DNA from: Adineta vaga
Taxonomy: Eukaryota; Animalia; Rotifera
DNA: 64,000 bases
Assembly: GCA_021613535.1 (NCBI GenBank)
Contig: CP075492.1
Coordinates: forward strand, 10,788,001-10,852,000
Direction of reading: 5' to 3'
Shown here: one piece after another, positions 13,305 through 27,907 of the stretch
Position numbering within the stretch: position 1 is the stretch's first letter
How the letters are laid out: each line of letters opens with the position of its first letter
Translations under genes and position numbers: made by a program
The notes under the pieces: generated by a model
Told to the model about the DNA's origin: nothing
The model's database searches: none
The model's input: only the letters and a program-made list of their open reading frames with translations

Positions 13305-15292
13305 TTATTCATCCGTATCTAATGGTTTGTATTTAGGATTATCACTTCGAACTTGCCATGCACTAATCGGTAAATTTTGTAGACGTATTATAGTTCCATA
13401 TTTCCATATAAGCCAAATAAATCCAATTAATGTGGTTATTGTTACTTCGATATAATATGCATCGATATACGGTCGACATGCACCACCTAACATACCACAA
13501 TTTTTTTCTTCAGCTGGTGTACTACATTTACCATCGCCTAATGAACATGATTTCCATGTTAAGTAATCAGCTGAATATAAAACTCCTGTAGAAACCCAAC
13601 TACTACCTAAAAAATCATCAATATTTATATATCTTGTATTCTCAACAAAAAGCAAAGATCAAGAAATTCTTACCAAGATTGGATAATGTATTCAATAGAG
13701 TCATATATGTTCCACCTATTTTTGGATCGCTAACTTGAGCAAAAAAGGCCATTTGTGAAACAAACATATTGTACATGAAGATTTGTTGAATGGCAAATAT
13801 AAAAATGCCTAGTGCATAATAATACCATGGAAATGTTCTATCATAATTTTGAAAGGATGGTGTAATCCAGACATATATAGCTAGGACAATACCAATAAGT
13901 AATCTATTTTAATATAAAAATTAATTATAGATTTAAAAGAAAATCTTCTCATACCGAAATGGATGAGATTTAATGAATAAATTCAATGGCTGTGTTCCTG
14001 TTGTATAGCGTGAAATTAAGAATGGGAGAAGAATTTCTAATGGAATTAATGGAATTGCTAATAAAGCTAATGTATCTTTTCGAACACCACGTTCAATTAA
14101 TTCTAATCCAGTCATAGAATCGACTGCAGCAAAACCAATCTAGAAAAGAATGATTAGAGAGGAAAAATAAATAGAAATTTACTTTGATAGTCAATAAAAC
14201 CATAGCCATATTTCGAACTGCTGGCAAACGAAGAACTTTCAGAAGTATTTTGTATGTTTCAGCTAAACTAAAATGTGGTTCAGTTGCATCATAACTTTCA
14301 TCTGTTTCATGTTTAAATATAGCAACTAATGTTGTTGATATTGCGAATATAATACCCCAGAAAGTAAGAAAACCTGAAAAGAAAGAAATAGTCAATTATT
14401 TGAACGATATTCTCATCACTTACCTGGTAATGTAATCAATCCATTTGGTTGTAATTCCATCTGAAATGGTTGACGTACATAACGATTAGCGAAATCTTTT
14501 GATTCAAGTGCAAGAAAAACAACATTTCCTAGAAAATAACCAGCTGTCTGGCCAACAGAATTGCACGTACTCGCCCAACCAACATTTTTTCTAATAGAAG
14601 CGATTAAAAAAACGATATTAATTTCTCCAAGGAATTTTCCTTTATCCTACCTTGAAAGCATTGATAGTGCCCAACCATCTACACATATGTCTTGCGTAGC
14701 TGCCAGAAATGATAAACCAAAAAAGATCGACGTTAGAAAGAAAATATCTAAAATAGTAACATTTATGAATAAATTCCAATCAAAATAAAAACATACGTGG
14801 ATGTTGACTTGTTGTTGATGCTGCTGGTTCACGTAAAATATCATTGATATAATACGAAAGAATAATCATAACAATGGCAATTGAATATTGAACTGGTATT
14901 AACCAAGATTTTCTTCGACCAAATCGTTTTAAATATAAAGCATCAACAATGGGTGCCCAAAGAAGTTTAAGACTAAATGGCCAAAAAGCAAATGAAAATG
15001 TTGCTTGTTGAGACCAACTAGCGCCGTAACTTTGTATAATAAGTGGAATTGATGCTGCCATACCAAGTGGAATACCTTGTAATAAATAAAGAAACAATAA
15101 TAAACCGATGCTCCATTGATCTTTTCTCCAAATGTTTCGTTTCACTATAGATGGACTCGTATCTAACATTTCATCGTCTGATTCAGTCGATGATGGTGGT
15201 GAAGATACAGGTTTTTCACTTGTATCGTTTTCTTCTTCTTCTAATTCCTGCTCGTCGTTTTGTTTATTTCCTGGACGATATCGAACGGCCAT
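13305..15292 (-). CDS. SLC33A1: Acetyl-CoA transporter 1 (AT-1, MFS family)
   Basis: LLLFLYLLQGIPLG, QATFSFAFWPFSLKLLWAPIVD, FGRRKSWLIPVQY, FLAATQDICVDGWAL, DPKIGGTYMTLLNT across GT-AG exons. Confidence 0.93.
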
Positions 15293-15531
15293 TGACAAAT
15301 GAATGTAGACAATAATTAACAATTGTTCTATTCCACATATAACAAACACGTCTTCGTCGTATGACTCATCGAAAATGTTGATTGGTTGAAACAAATGAAT
15401 ACTTATTTTCTTTATTATTTTATACAAAAAAGACAATCATAAGAAGTTATTGAACTGGATTAAAGAGGAAATATTTTTTCTTAATACAACAAGTGCTCTT
15501 TTGATTGGATGAAGTCGAACCAGTTATTTTA

Positions 15532-16780
15532 ATGAGCGCCGAAGTATTCAAAGTAGCTCCAAGTCAATCGACGGTTTATTTATCAAATATTCCATTTCAT
15601 TTAACAAATAATGACATACATAAATTATTTGATGAATATGGAAAAGTTGTCAAGTATGTAGTAGAAGAAATCTATGATCGAAAAATGTCAAAGAGTGTAA
15701 TGATGTATTTTCGAACTTTAGAGTAACAATTGTGAAAGATCGTGAAACTCGTCAGAATAAAGGAGTAGCTTTTATTTTATTTCTTTCATCAGATGATGCT
15801 CTTCGGGCAGTAGAAGCATTCAATGGTAAAGAGGTTTGTAGATGTGAAAATAGCAACACGAATTTATTTGAAAATATTCATATTTCAGTTACAAGGACGA
15901 ACATTAAAATGTAGTTTAGCCATTGATAATGGTCGTACAAGAGAATTTCTTCGAAAACGTGAATATCCTGACAAAAGTAAATGTTTTGAATGTGGTGTAA
16001 GTGCAACGGTATTTGATTTCAAATTGGAAGAATCTTCTCGTCTGTTAATATTTAGGAATCGGGTCATTTGAGTTATGTATGTCCGAAGAATACGCTGGGT
16101 AATCGACAACCACCAGTGAAGAAAAGAAAAAAAGCAAAGAATAAAATTAGAACGGATTCACCAAAAGAATCGTATGTCAATTCGGAAATAATGTTTTCTT
16201 TTAATAATTATTTAATTTCCTATAGAAATTCCAATGCAAGTGATGATGATGTTGATGGTGAGGATGAAACATTAGCGTCAATCATTGCTTCTCAGGTAAC
16301 GGATTGATGTTTGGAAGAGTGTGAGTTTTTAACCTTGAATTAGATGATATTTGAGAAAGTATAGTAGAAACTATTGACCTATCAACTTGCTTTTATTGTC
16401 TTATGTGTATCAATGAGCACTCAATTAATTATAGAAGAATTCCTCAAAGTCATTGTTTATTTATCGTAATTTTAGTCAATCGTTGGTCGAGTCTAATGAG
16501 TATTGGTTGGAAGCTTGAGAGAATTATTAAGTGATTGTATAAGATCATAGTCAACATTGCCTTGGGTATGCTATTTGTTCATACAAATAAATGGAAGGAA
16601 ACATGCGGCCTTTTCCCAACAGAAGATAAAAAAAAATGAATAAAATACTTTATTTTCATTTGATTTTTTTTTCAGGATTATCAAGTCAAATCGACTGCGA
16701 TGGACGTTGCATTACCTCCAAGGAAACGTTATTGTCAATCTTCTTATTTCAGTGATGAAGAAGAAGAAATAAACGAATAA
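15532..16780 (+). CDS. ZCRB1: U11/U12 snRNP 31K protein (RRM + CCHC zinc knuckle)
   Basis: [55 protein letters not shown] and C-terminal YFSDEEE closely follow remembered human ZCRB1. Head-to-head with SLC33A1, about 240 bp between start codons. Confidence 0.92.
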
Positions 16781-17474
16781 AACTAAAAGCTATGTATAGA
16801 TGTATATATAATATACTGCGATGTTTAGGAAGACAGAGCAGATGTCTTTCTCAATCAATTTGTCAGTGAATAGAATAAATCATGACGAGTATAACTAATA
16901 CTATAATAAATCACGAAATACATCAACCATTAGTAATGTTTCCATTTGATTCAAAAGGAGAAGAAGAAAAGCGTTGAAATTGTATTACTTGAGTTACATG
17001 AAATAAAACTCAAATCAATGGACAATCTTGTTTGATATGATAACGATCGATTGATTTCGATTTAATAACAAGTACATAATATCTATAATTGATGTTTATT
17101 TAAGATCAACTAATGATGATGTGACATTGCATTACGCTAGAAAAACATAAGAAAATTTTTTTCTTTCTCTCATTTATCACTGCTTTTTTGTTCTTCTATT
17201 GTCCAAAGAAATATAAACACATATTGAAATGATATTAAGGAAAGAATAGTAGTAGTAGTTGCTGTATATGAATGTTGTTAAATGATGTCGAGAGACATAT
17301 TTCATGTTTCTGGAAGATGAGATTATTAAGGAGAGAAAATTGGTTCGACTGACAGGAAATAAAGAATTTTTCTTCTTTCTTTTTCTAATCAATGATATGT
17401 GAGGGAAACGAAGAAGATTTGTTTCTACAAAGAAATCGACAATTAGTTGTTCGGCAAGTTCATGATATGAAAGC

Positions 17475-20400
17475 ATGAACAGTTCAATTTGTCTACTTAT
17501 TATTATTTTCTATTTCATCGATTCATACAAAACGTTTGATTTACCAACAGAAATACATATTGGTAGATATATTCTACTTGAAAGAAGAATTTTATTTATT
17601 CGTTATTCTAGGAGCAATTTTTGATACTAATGATAAATTATCTCGTCAAGCATTTGAATATGCTGTGGCTAAAATCAATGCTCAATCTCAAATATTGAAA
17701 CGATCAAAAATTGTCGTCAATCAAATTGATATTGTTGATGGACACAATAGTTTTCTTGCATATAAAATGGGTAAGATAGAAATGAAAAAATAGAAGAACT
17801 CATTCTTCTTTATAGCATGTGCTCAAATTGAAATGGGTATTGCCGCTCTATTCATCGGTCAGTTAACACCTGCATTAGAATTCGTTAGTTCATTGACAAG
17901 GCAATTACATATTCCATTATTTTTATCATCACCTGATCCACAAACGAAAGTTGAATATTATATTGTTAATGTTTATCCACATTATACAGCAACAAGTCAA
18001 GCATTGAGTGATTTGATTAAATTTCAACAATGGGAAGAAGTTGCCATTATTACTGAACACGCTGAAAGTAAAGAAATCGATTCGAAAAAGAGAAAGATAT
18101 TGTTTCTTTCTGTTTCATTTAGATTTACTCTATTTGCAAGATCTTTTGAAATTACCTTCAGCACACGAACGAATGAAAGTGACTGTAAGACAATTACGAG
18201 GTCGACCAAGTAATAATAGTTGGCATCCATTATTGAAACAATTGCAAACAACGGGAATTTCAAAGTTTTTAGTCGATGTTAAAACTGATCATCTCGATGA
18301 TTTCTTTCAACAAGTATACAAAAACCTAAAATTCGATGTTCTGATAAGAAAAGAAAAACTTATTTTTTTAGGCAAAAATTGTTGGATTAGTTGGACCTTA
18401 TTATGATTTTGTATTAACTTCATTAGTAAGAAAATGAAGACTTTTCCAAAGCAAATTTCAAGACATCTTTTCTAGGATATATCGGTAGTTAAATGGAATA
18501 AAATTTTATATACATTAGTGAACATAACTGGTTTACAATTTTTTGGTCGTAATGATCCAGCTGTTGATGAATTTTTTGATACGAATGTTCTACCTGTAAA
18601 TTCTCCTGTAAAACTAAGTGAACTTTCCTTACGAGTGAGATTCGATGACATCAATTTGAATTTGTTCTATGTTTTCATTTGTTGCAGGTCTCGGCAGCAT
18701 TGATCTATGATGCTGTTTATTTTTTTGCTCGAGCATTAAGTCAATTTGTTGAACAACGTCCATTTAATATTACACCATTAACATGTGAAGCACAGAAACC
18801 TTGGATACATGGAGCAGCATTTGCTCTATTTCTAAAGACGGTATGAATGTAAGATGATTGATTATTACATATAAAAATATCAATTGATACTAGTTCGAAG
18901 CAAATGGTATAACAGGGAAAATAAAATTTGATGAAAATGGTCTACGTACAGATATTACATTAGAAGTTGTAGATTTAGTTGCAAATGGTGTGAATAAAGT
19001 ATGTGTATTTTCTCAAATACTTTATTTCTTTTGCCATAATAACGAAATCTTTTTAGAATGGAAATTGGTCTTCGAATGCTCCCGATCGACTAGAAATTCG
19101 TCGTAATTTAACAAAAGATTATGAAACAAGAAAACAGGAAATACAACATCAAGAATTAAAAGTTACTTCTGTGATTGTATGTAGAGATACAATCTTGATT
19201 ATTTTCATTAGATTTATTTTCTAGGAACCGCCATATGTTATGTGGAGTAAGGAAGAGACAAAGGAAAGTATTGAATAGAATTATTTTGAAAAATTTCCTT
19301 TAGAGAATGATTCAAATTCAACAAAAACATCGTTTCAAGGTTTTTGTATTGATATTTTACTTGATCTAGCTGATAGACTTAATTTTACATTTCAAATCGA
19401 AATTGTTAAAGATAAAACATTTGGAAAGAAGAATGAAAAAGGAGAATGGAATGGAATTATTGGAGAATTAGTCAGTCGTGTAAGTAATCAATTTTCTTTG
19501 ATTGAAAAATATAATCATTTTCATATTCCAGAGAGCCGATTTAGGTCTAGCTGGTTTAACTATCACGTATCAACGAGAACAAGTATGTACTATCAAGACA
19601 AATCATTTTATATTCATCTAATTCTTTCTTACGTTGCACGAATACTAATTTATACCGATAATGAATTTTAGTTGAAAACTTTATTGTAGGCAATTGATTT
19701 TACGAAACCATTCTTAACACTGGGAATCAATATTCTTTATAAAAAAGAAAAGCGTGCTAAACCAAAATTATTTGGATTTTTTTCACCGCTAAGTTTAAAT
19801 GTTTGGCTTTATATAATTGCTGCATATTTTGGTTAGTTGATTGATTAAATACATTTCATTTGATTTCCATTTGAACCATATCTTTTAGTCGTTAGTTTTG
19901 TTCTGTATTTGGCTGGAAGATTATCGCCGTATGAATGGCGTAGTCCACATCCTTGTAAACGAAGTCATGAGATATTAGAAAATCAATTTACATTATTCAA
20001 TGCATTCTGGTTTGTTATGTGTAATATTATGCATCAAGGTTATTTTATTAACTCGCAACTCGTTCATTTTTTTCAATGAAAATCGCCTTTTTTGTTTCTG
20101 TAGGTACGGAAATAAATCCAGTTGCACCATCAACACGAATGATTAGTTGTATATGGGCATTTTGTACTTTAATTCTTGTTTCATCCTATACAGCTAATCT
20201 TGGTAAGTCAAAATAACATATGATTCATCCTTTTATTAAAACGTATTTTCTCTGAAAAATCCATTAGCGGCTTTTTTAACTGTTCAACGTATGCAAACGC
20301 CGATTGAAAATGCGGACGATTTAGCTTCACAAACAAAAATTGCTTATGGTGTTCAACGTGGTGGATCAACAGAAAACTTCTTTCGAGTATGAAAATACAT

Positions 20401-21222
20401 AACATATTCGTTGATAATTATGAATTTGATCGTATCATAGGAATCCAAATTAGCTACCTATGAACGAATGTGGAATTATATATCTGCTAATCAAGCAACT
20501 GTTAGTGTAGCATCTAGTACCGAAGGCATCAACAAAGTACTCAGTGGCAATTATGCTTTCCTTATGGAGTATGTTATATCAATTATTTATATTGAAAGGT
20601 GAATTGAAAAGCGTTTGTTTTCAGGTCAACAACAAGTGAATATAATATAATGAGAAATTGTGATTTAACATCGATTGGTGGTTTACTTGACTCGAAAGGA
20701 TATGGTTTTGGTGTACCACAGAGTATGATCTTTTCAAATATTATTAATGTCTTCATTTACTCTAATTTAATTAGATTCACCATATCGTGATATATTGAGT
20801 GATACAATATTAAAACTACAAGATGAAGGTGTTATTCAAAAATATTATAATAAATGGTGGAAAGAAGCAGCAAATCTCAAATGTGAACGAGAAGATAAAA
20901 GAAAAGAATTAGCTTCGGAATTAGGTTTTGCAAATATCGGTGGTGTATTTTTCATTCTGGCTATTGGATTAGTTCTATCGATAGTTGTTGCCGCTGTAGA
21001 ATTTACAATTAAGATACGCAATCGACAAGGACGACAAGTATACATAATAAATTTAATAAATATTATCGTACATCATTTTATCTTTTTAAGGCTTCAGTAC
21101 GTAAGGAAATGGCACGTTATTTTCGTTTTGCTTTGACAAATGGTAGTACACCAAAACGACGAATTAGTGAATTTACCAAAGATATTTCTTCAAATCAAGA
21201 TCATATACAAAAAAATTATTGA
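17475..21222 (+). CDS. Ionotropic glutamate receptor subunit, kainate-like (many short introns)
   Basis: Signal peptide, ATD, S1 ([17 protein letters not shown]), M3 SYTANLAAFLT, S2 GGST and FLMEST, M4 [12 protein letters not shown]. Confidence 0.92.
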
Positions 21223-21558
21223 TCAAACAACAAAAAGAAAAGACTTCGTTATATTATTTTATAATAAACTGAACAGAATGATGAGGAGAAGAACAAGAAG
21301 AAGAAAAAGAACAATGAAGCCTTTTAAAGTTACATATAGAAGACAAAATTTTAATTATATCAGATCAAATATGACTAATTATATTGCAATACAAAGATGA
21401 TTGGTAGAATTTCTTTTCTTTCTCTACACACTAGCAGATAATACAGATATCAGTCGATTACATAAATATACAAAGCAAAAAAACAAACAAATGGAACATT
21501 TCATTATGATTCTCAATTGATCATGAAAAAAAAACGAATAGAGTTTTATATGGACAGA

Positions 21559-24500
21559 TTATGTCTCAGTTTCATTCACTGGAATAGATTCAAATGTTGT
21601 CGGTGGAGATGATGGTTGTGAATCGTCACCAACTTCATCGTCATCCAATGCTCCGTCTTTTTCTTTTGGTGTTTTACCTTTTCGTTCTTTCGATCGACGA
21701 TTTTGAAACCAAACCTATGAAATAAACAATAACTCTCTTATCAAAACTGTATAGTAGAAAGTCAATTGATTACTTGAATAACGCGTAGACTTAGACCAGT
21801 TTCAGCAACTAGTTGTTCACGTTGAGTTTTATTTGGTTTTGAACAAGATTCATAAGCTTTACATAAGACCTAGATTGAATAAAGATAGAATAAAGAAAAT
21901 ATATTCTGAAAATAAACTTACGTCTAATTGTTGTGGTCTAATCGTTGTACGTGCACCTTTCTTTTCTGGTGCTGTTGAAGATGATGTTGATGGAATTGCA
22001 TTCAAAGATTGATCTCCATCACCTGCGGAATCATCAGATTCATTTCCAGACTTGCCGTTTGTTGTTTGTGAATGTAGTTGTTGATGTTCATCAAGATCAT
22101 CACTTTCAGTACCGCTCAATTGTCGTTTTGTAGGTGTCGAAACTGAATCAGGTGTAGTAGCTATCGGAGGAGTTGCTTCAGATGATGTCGGAAGTGTTGC
22201 CGCCTCACTTTCCATTGATGTAGGAAAATCTGTAGATGTTGGTGGTACAACAGATTTTTTCTTATTTGCTCGAGGCGTTGATGCTTTCTTCTTTTCGCCA
22301 CCTGTATTACTTTTACTTCGTGATTTACCTGACTTTGTTTCAGATCCAATCATAGATGAATTTTTATCATCGGTTCCTGATGGACTAAAAATACAATTTA
22401 TGATTACAAATTTGCTGGAAAGAAAATAAAATGTTGTACTTATTGAGTGGAGATCCTCCGGGAGGAATAGCTGTTGGTTGCATGAAAGGAAATGGTTGAC
22501 CTGGAGTTGATGCACCAAATGCAGGATGAAATCCATAGGGCGGTGGGTAACCACTGGCATATGCAGCAGCAAATGCAGGATTGAAAGCACCTGGAAATGC
22601 GTTGTAAGCAGCAAAATGTGGTGCCATATTATACATAGCTGCTAATTGAGCTTGTTGAGAAGTTGGTGTTGGTGTTGGTGTTTTACCATTTGTTGTTGAT
22701 CCAGCAGCACCAGCTGTCGAAGGCATATGTGGTGGCATAAAAGAATTATTAAGTAAACCCATTTGAGCAAGAAGATTATGTTGCGAATGATTATTTCCAT
22801 TTCCATTGGTGAACTTTGTTTCGTCACTATCATTTGTGTTTCCATTATCTGTTGAATCTGTTTTTAATTTCTTCTTCTTTTTATTTTTTGATGCCGGTGG
22901 TGGTGGTGGTGGCGGCGGCGGTGACGCAGTGTCTTCATCCATACCATTTTCTTCATCAATTTCATTCTTTTTTGCTTTAGATTTACCTCGTGCATTCGCT
23001 TTTCGTGCTTTCTTCTTTGGTGATGATGATGATGTCGATGAATCATCAAGTAAGTTTTGTGAACGCATGTCTTCATAGTCTATTGAATCTGATTTTTTCT
23101 TCGCTGAATTCAAATTTGATTGACTCATATCAAGTGGTATACTAGCTGATGGTGGTAATGTGCCAAATGGTGGACGATAGAAAGTAGCCATACCAGCTGC
23201 TGCTTGTGGTGAAAATGGTACACCGGGCCCAGGTGTAACAAATGGAAATGGAAATGGATTTGGAGGTGCATTTGTTGGACGTACTACATCTCCGAGAGTT
23301 GAGGGTGGTATCGTACCGAATTCTAATAAGGAGGAGAGAGCTGATGGTTTCGACGTTGAACGTGACCCCTTTGGTGGAGATGCTGGACGAGCGGGTGTAC
23401 CCGATTCAGCATTTGTTGATATATCCATCTGTGAAGGACTAGATGAATGATCAAGTGAATCTGTGTCCGATGCATTCGCTGAACGATTTGGATCAGATGT
23501 AGATGCTGGTAGTGGTTGTGACGCATTTGCCGCTGATGATGATGATGATGATGATGATGATGTTGGTGGTGGTGGTACTGGTGGCGGCATTGGTAGTCTT
23601 GGTTGTAAATGAAAACCAGGTGGTAAAAATTGTGCAGGATTTGGAAATGCTGGATTGAAGTTAGGTGGCATAAAACTAGGTGTCATATCAGGTTTCATAA
23701 TTGATGAAATTGACATTGGATTTGCTGCCAGTCCACTTAGTAATGATAATGGTTCAGACATTTTTGCTTGCGATAAAAGTGATGGATTTGTTGCTGTTTG
23801 TGGTGGTAGCGTGGTTGGTTGTGTAGCAGATGATGAAGGTTCTGATTCAGATTTTTTCTCATTAGAGTTTGTTGAAGGTTTGCTTTTAATAGCAGGTGAA
23901 TGATTCACTTCTTGAGCATTATCTAGCACATTATTCTTAAAGAGAAAACAATGAATCATGATAGGTAACGTGTTTGAGGATGACTATGTCACATACTTCT
24001 TCATTAAAATCAGTATCATCATCATCTTCATCATCGTCTTCATCTTCCGTCTCTTCTTCGTCGCTTCCACTTGAGAAGCTTCGTTTACGATAACGTGTTG
24101 TTTTTGTTGTACGACGGTTACTTGATCGTCGTTGAGCAACTGGCGCAGTTGAAGATGTACCAGTTGATGCTTTTGATCGTGTTGCTGGTGAACGACCTTT
24201 TCTTTCTTGAGCAGTTGTCTGTTTTTGACGAGACACTGGTGTTGTTTTGGATTTTGTTGGCGAACGTTTACTACCATTACTACTGGTACTTTGTCGAACT
24301 TTCGATTGTCGACCGGTTGTTTTTGATGGCGGTGTTGCTGGACTAGACGGTGGTGAAGATTCTTTCAAAGGTGATGTAGATGGCTTTGTAGTTGGTGGAA
24401 GTGATTCATCAACTTCCATTGATTGTTGTTCATCAACATGATTATTCATACTAGACGTACCATTTGTAGTAGGTTTTTCTTCTTTAATTTCAGGCACTGG

Positions 24501-25253
24501 TGAGCCTTTTCCATTGATACCGTTGACAATTTCGTTAGCTTTGACTTTATCTTAAAAGAAAATCAACTAGATAATTGACAAAAAAACAAAATTGTATGCA
24601 ATAACTCACTTTCTTCTTCATTTACTGAAGAAGTTGTTTCATCGGTAGTTTTATTTGGATTTAAACATGCTTGGCACATACAATCCAAATCATTCAATGT
24701 TGAATTTTCAGGTTTGAGCAAAGCTATGATATCATCATCTTGTAGAACATGTTTACATTTTGAACAAACAAAACAATCAGCATGATAAATTCGACCAGCA
24801 CGAATTCGACGAATTAATTCATGAGATTGTACAAGATTTTGACATGCAAAACAACGATGAATATATTTTCTATAGAGATAATATCAAATTAAAACAAAAC
24901 GTTTATATTTTCGAAATTTTTCTCTCTTTACTTTATGAAATCATCTTTACAATAGAGTTTTCCTTCACGTGAATAACATTGTTCATTTAATAGACATCGA
25001 CAGATAAAACATCGAACACATTCTGGATGCCATGAATGATCAAGAACATTTGAGATAGATGGAGTATGCACTGGTTGAGAACATCCAAAACACTGACTTA
25101 TAGTCGGTGGCACGCTAAAATCAGATTGACGAAATGTTTCATTTGAGTTTTGATCGATTGTTACCTTCGACTTGACTGACGAACAGGTCTATTCGAGTGA
25201 TTATTTAGAGGAACAGGTGAAACCGTTACAGGCGGACGTCGACGTTGTTGCAT
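21559..25253 (-). CDS. LIM-homeodomain transcription factor, Lhx1/5 type, with a very long low-complexity linker
   Basis: Two LIM domains (CFGC..WHPECVRCFIC..LYCKDDF; CFAC..YHADCFVCSKC..CQAC). Homeodomain [44 protein letters not shown] matches Lhx1/5 (RTTIK..[15 protein letters not shown]). Confidence 0.85.
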
Positions 25254-25683
25254 GATTTACCTAAAAATGACACGAATTCTTCTCCTCTTTCACAAGTTCA
25301 GTAGATCTTTCAATAGGGAACTTTTTTTCTATCGAAATTTCCTTCATAATCACAATCAGTTAAATTATATTTACCTTTTAGCTTGTAATCTCCTGTGGAG
25401 AACAAAAAAAAGAGAAATGACAAGCTTGTTCAGTTCCATTGTGTGTGTTTAAACTTTGTTGATGAACGTTGATTGATCGAAAGCAGACCAATGATATGTT
25501 AAGAAGATAAGAACGAAAAATAAAAATAAGAGAAAAGATCAGAAGATAAATTTTGTTTAATTTTCACGTTTTTTTCTCTTCGAAAATTATTATTTGACTA
25601 TTTCGCATAAAATAAACAATATTAATAACTCGTAATTATTAACCATTGAACTGTATGTAGTAACATTTAACGAACGTTACGTT

Positions 25684-27651
25684 ATGAATATGACGCCAAC
25701 TGCTGGCAATCGACCGCAGCCAAAAGATAAAAATGTGAGTTTTGAACATTAGTATTGAACTATTTTCCACTATGAAATATATGAATTAACAGTAAAATTG
25801 AATTGTCAGTTAGAAAGTTAACTATATTTCGTTCAAGGTTTAGGGAAATATTTTTCCATCGAAAATAAATTGTGATAGATATATAGCATGAGTAATTCAA
25901 TAGCTATAGACTTTTAAACTGAAGTCTTTTCAAATAAAATAAAGTCTTAAAACATTTTAATATTGTTTTTAAATCTTAAAAGTTCAATCACTTCGATACG
26001 GTGATGATCTAGGTCATCGAACAGATGGAGCTGGTTATCATTCTAAAACAATCGAGATCGTTGAACCTAAAATAACTCATTTTCTTTTCTTATCATTCTC
26101 GAATAAATCTCATCAATCATTTTTCTATTAAGAAATGTGGAAAATTTGAATTTGATTAAAAGTAAGTCTTGATAGTTATCTATCTTTAGTTATTTAAATT
26201 AGATATATCTTCTTGATGATTCCTTGAACTAATCTAACATATAACTTTGAAATTCGAACGAAATTTATACTTATATCTACTCTATATTATTAGGATAACC
26301 AATCAGCTTTTGTTGGTTTTGCTAATCTACCGAATCAAGTTCATCGAAAAATTGCCAAACGTGGTTTTGAATTTACTCTTATGGTTGTTGGTAAAGAAAT
26401 GCAATTCTTAATTATTATCAGATTTATAGATGAATACTTCGCTTTTTTTCTTGTAGGTGAAAATGGACTTGGAAAAGCAACATTAATCAATAATCTATTT
26501 CTCACTGATCTTTATCCTGAACGACACATTCCAAGTGCTCAAGGTAACTTTCTTTTTCATTTCTCATGTGTTATTCATTTCATTTGCGTCTTTTTTTTGA
26601 TAGAAAAACTTCGTCAATCAGTGAAAATCGAAGTATCTTCAGTCGAAATTGAAGAACGTGGTGTCAAAGTACGTTTAACTGTTGTTGATACACCTGGTTA
26701 TGGTGATAATCTAAATGGTATTGAAAATTATAAAGCCATATCAAACTACATTGATAATCAATTTGAACGTTATCTCAAAGATGAAACTGGTCTTAATCGT
26801 CGAAATATATCTGATAATCGTATTCATTGTCTTCTCTATTTTATTTCATCATTCGCACGAGGGTAAGTCTAATGAACATATGAAAAGTCTCATACAAATA
26901 AACTTTGTCGGATATTTAAAAGATTGAAACCCTTGGATATTGAATGTATGAAAGAATTACATCATAAAGTCAATATTGTTCCAGTAATTGCCAAAGCAGA
27001 TGCATTAACTACTATGGAACTTATTCAGATGAAACAAACTGTAAGAAATATTCATTTTAATTAATAAGATGATTCGAAGATATGTTGTCGATTTCAGATT
27101 CTTCAACAAATTCATGAACATCATATTGAAATTTATCAAATTCCAGAATGTGATGCTGATGAAGACGAAGAAATAAAAGAGAAAAATAAACAATTGAAAA
27201 AATCCATTCCATTTGCGATCATTGCTTCCGCACAAACTTATGAGGTTCAAGGAAAGAAGGTTTCTGGAAGAATGTATCCATGGGGTTTAGTCGAAATTGA
27301 AAATAGTGATTATTGTGATTTTCTTAAACTTCGAACGATGTTAATGTAAATTTTGACTCTCAATATAATGAAAAATTCTTCTTTCTATTCTATTTAGAAC
27401 TCATATGCAAGATTTACAAGAGATTACTGATGAAATTCATTATGAAAATTATCGATCAGATAAACTTCAATTAAAAAAAATCCTTGCTAATGATGAAAAA
27501 CAAAAGAAAATAATTCAAGAAAAAGATAGAGAGGTAACTTATTCTATATCCTTTCTCTTTCTCATATGAATCATACTTTGATTTGATTTAGCTTCGACGA
27601 ATGCAAGATATGTTGGCAAAAATGCAAGGACATTTAGCTGAACAAAAATAA
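25684..27651 (+). CDS. Septin, SEPT2 group
   Basis: [55 protein letters not shown] and C-terminal [12 protein letters not shown]. First exon at 25684-25734 joins in phase 0. Confidence 0.92.
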
Positions 27652-27907
27652 TAATAATAATAATATTGCTAATCAGATCTTTTGTATTGAATTTTTGTAG
27701 TATTTGTATATTAAGGAAAAAATAAAGTATCCTAGATTTGACTATTTGAACGAACGTCGTCTTAGAATGAAAAAGAAGAAAGAAAGAAAGAAAGAAAGAA
27801 GGAAACACAGACGTAGAGAATGAATCATACTGAAGGACGAATGTCTACTATGCAATTTTTGCGTTCGTCTTGCCTTTATAAGATACGCTACTGTCGGTAA
27901 AAAAGTT

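Noticed and set aside
16296-16676. Hidden snoRNA or exon in the long last ZCRB1 intron
   Set aside because: No convincing C/D or H/ACA boxes and no open phased exon seen by eye.
22642-24441. Overlapping ORFs in other frames and on the antisense strand (poly-His, poly-Gly)
   Set aside because: Shadows of the trinucleotide-rich LIM-homeobox exons.
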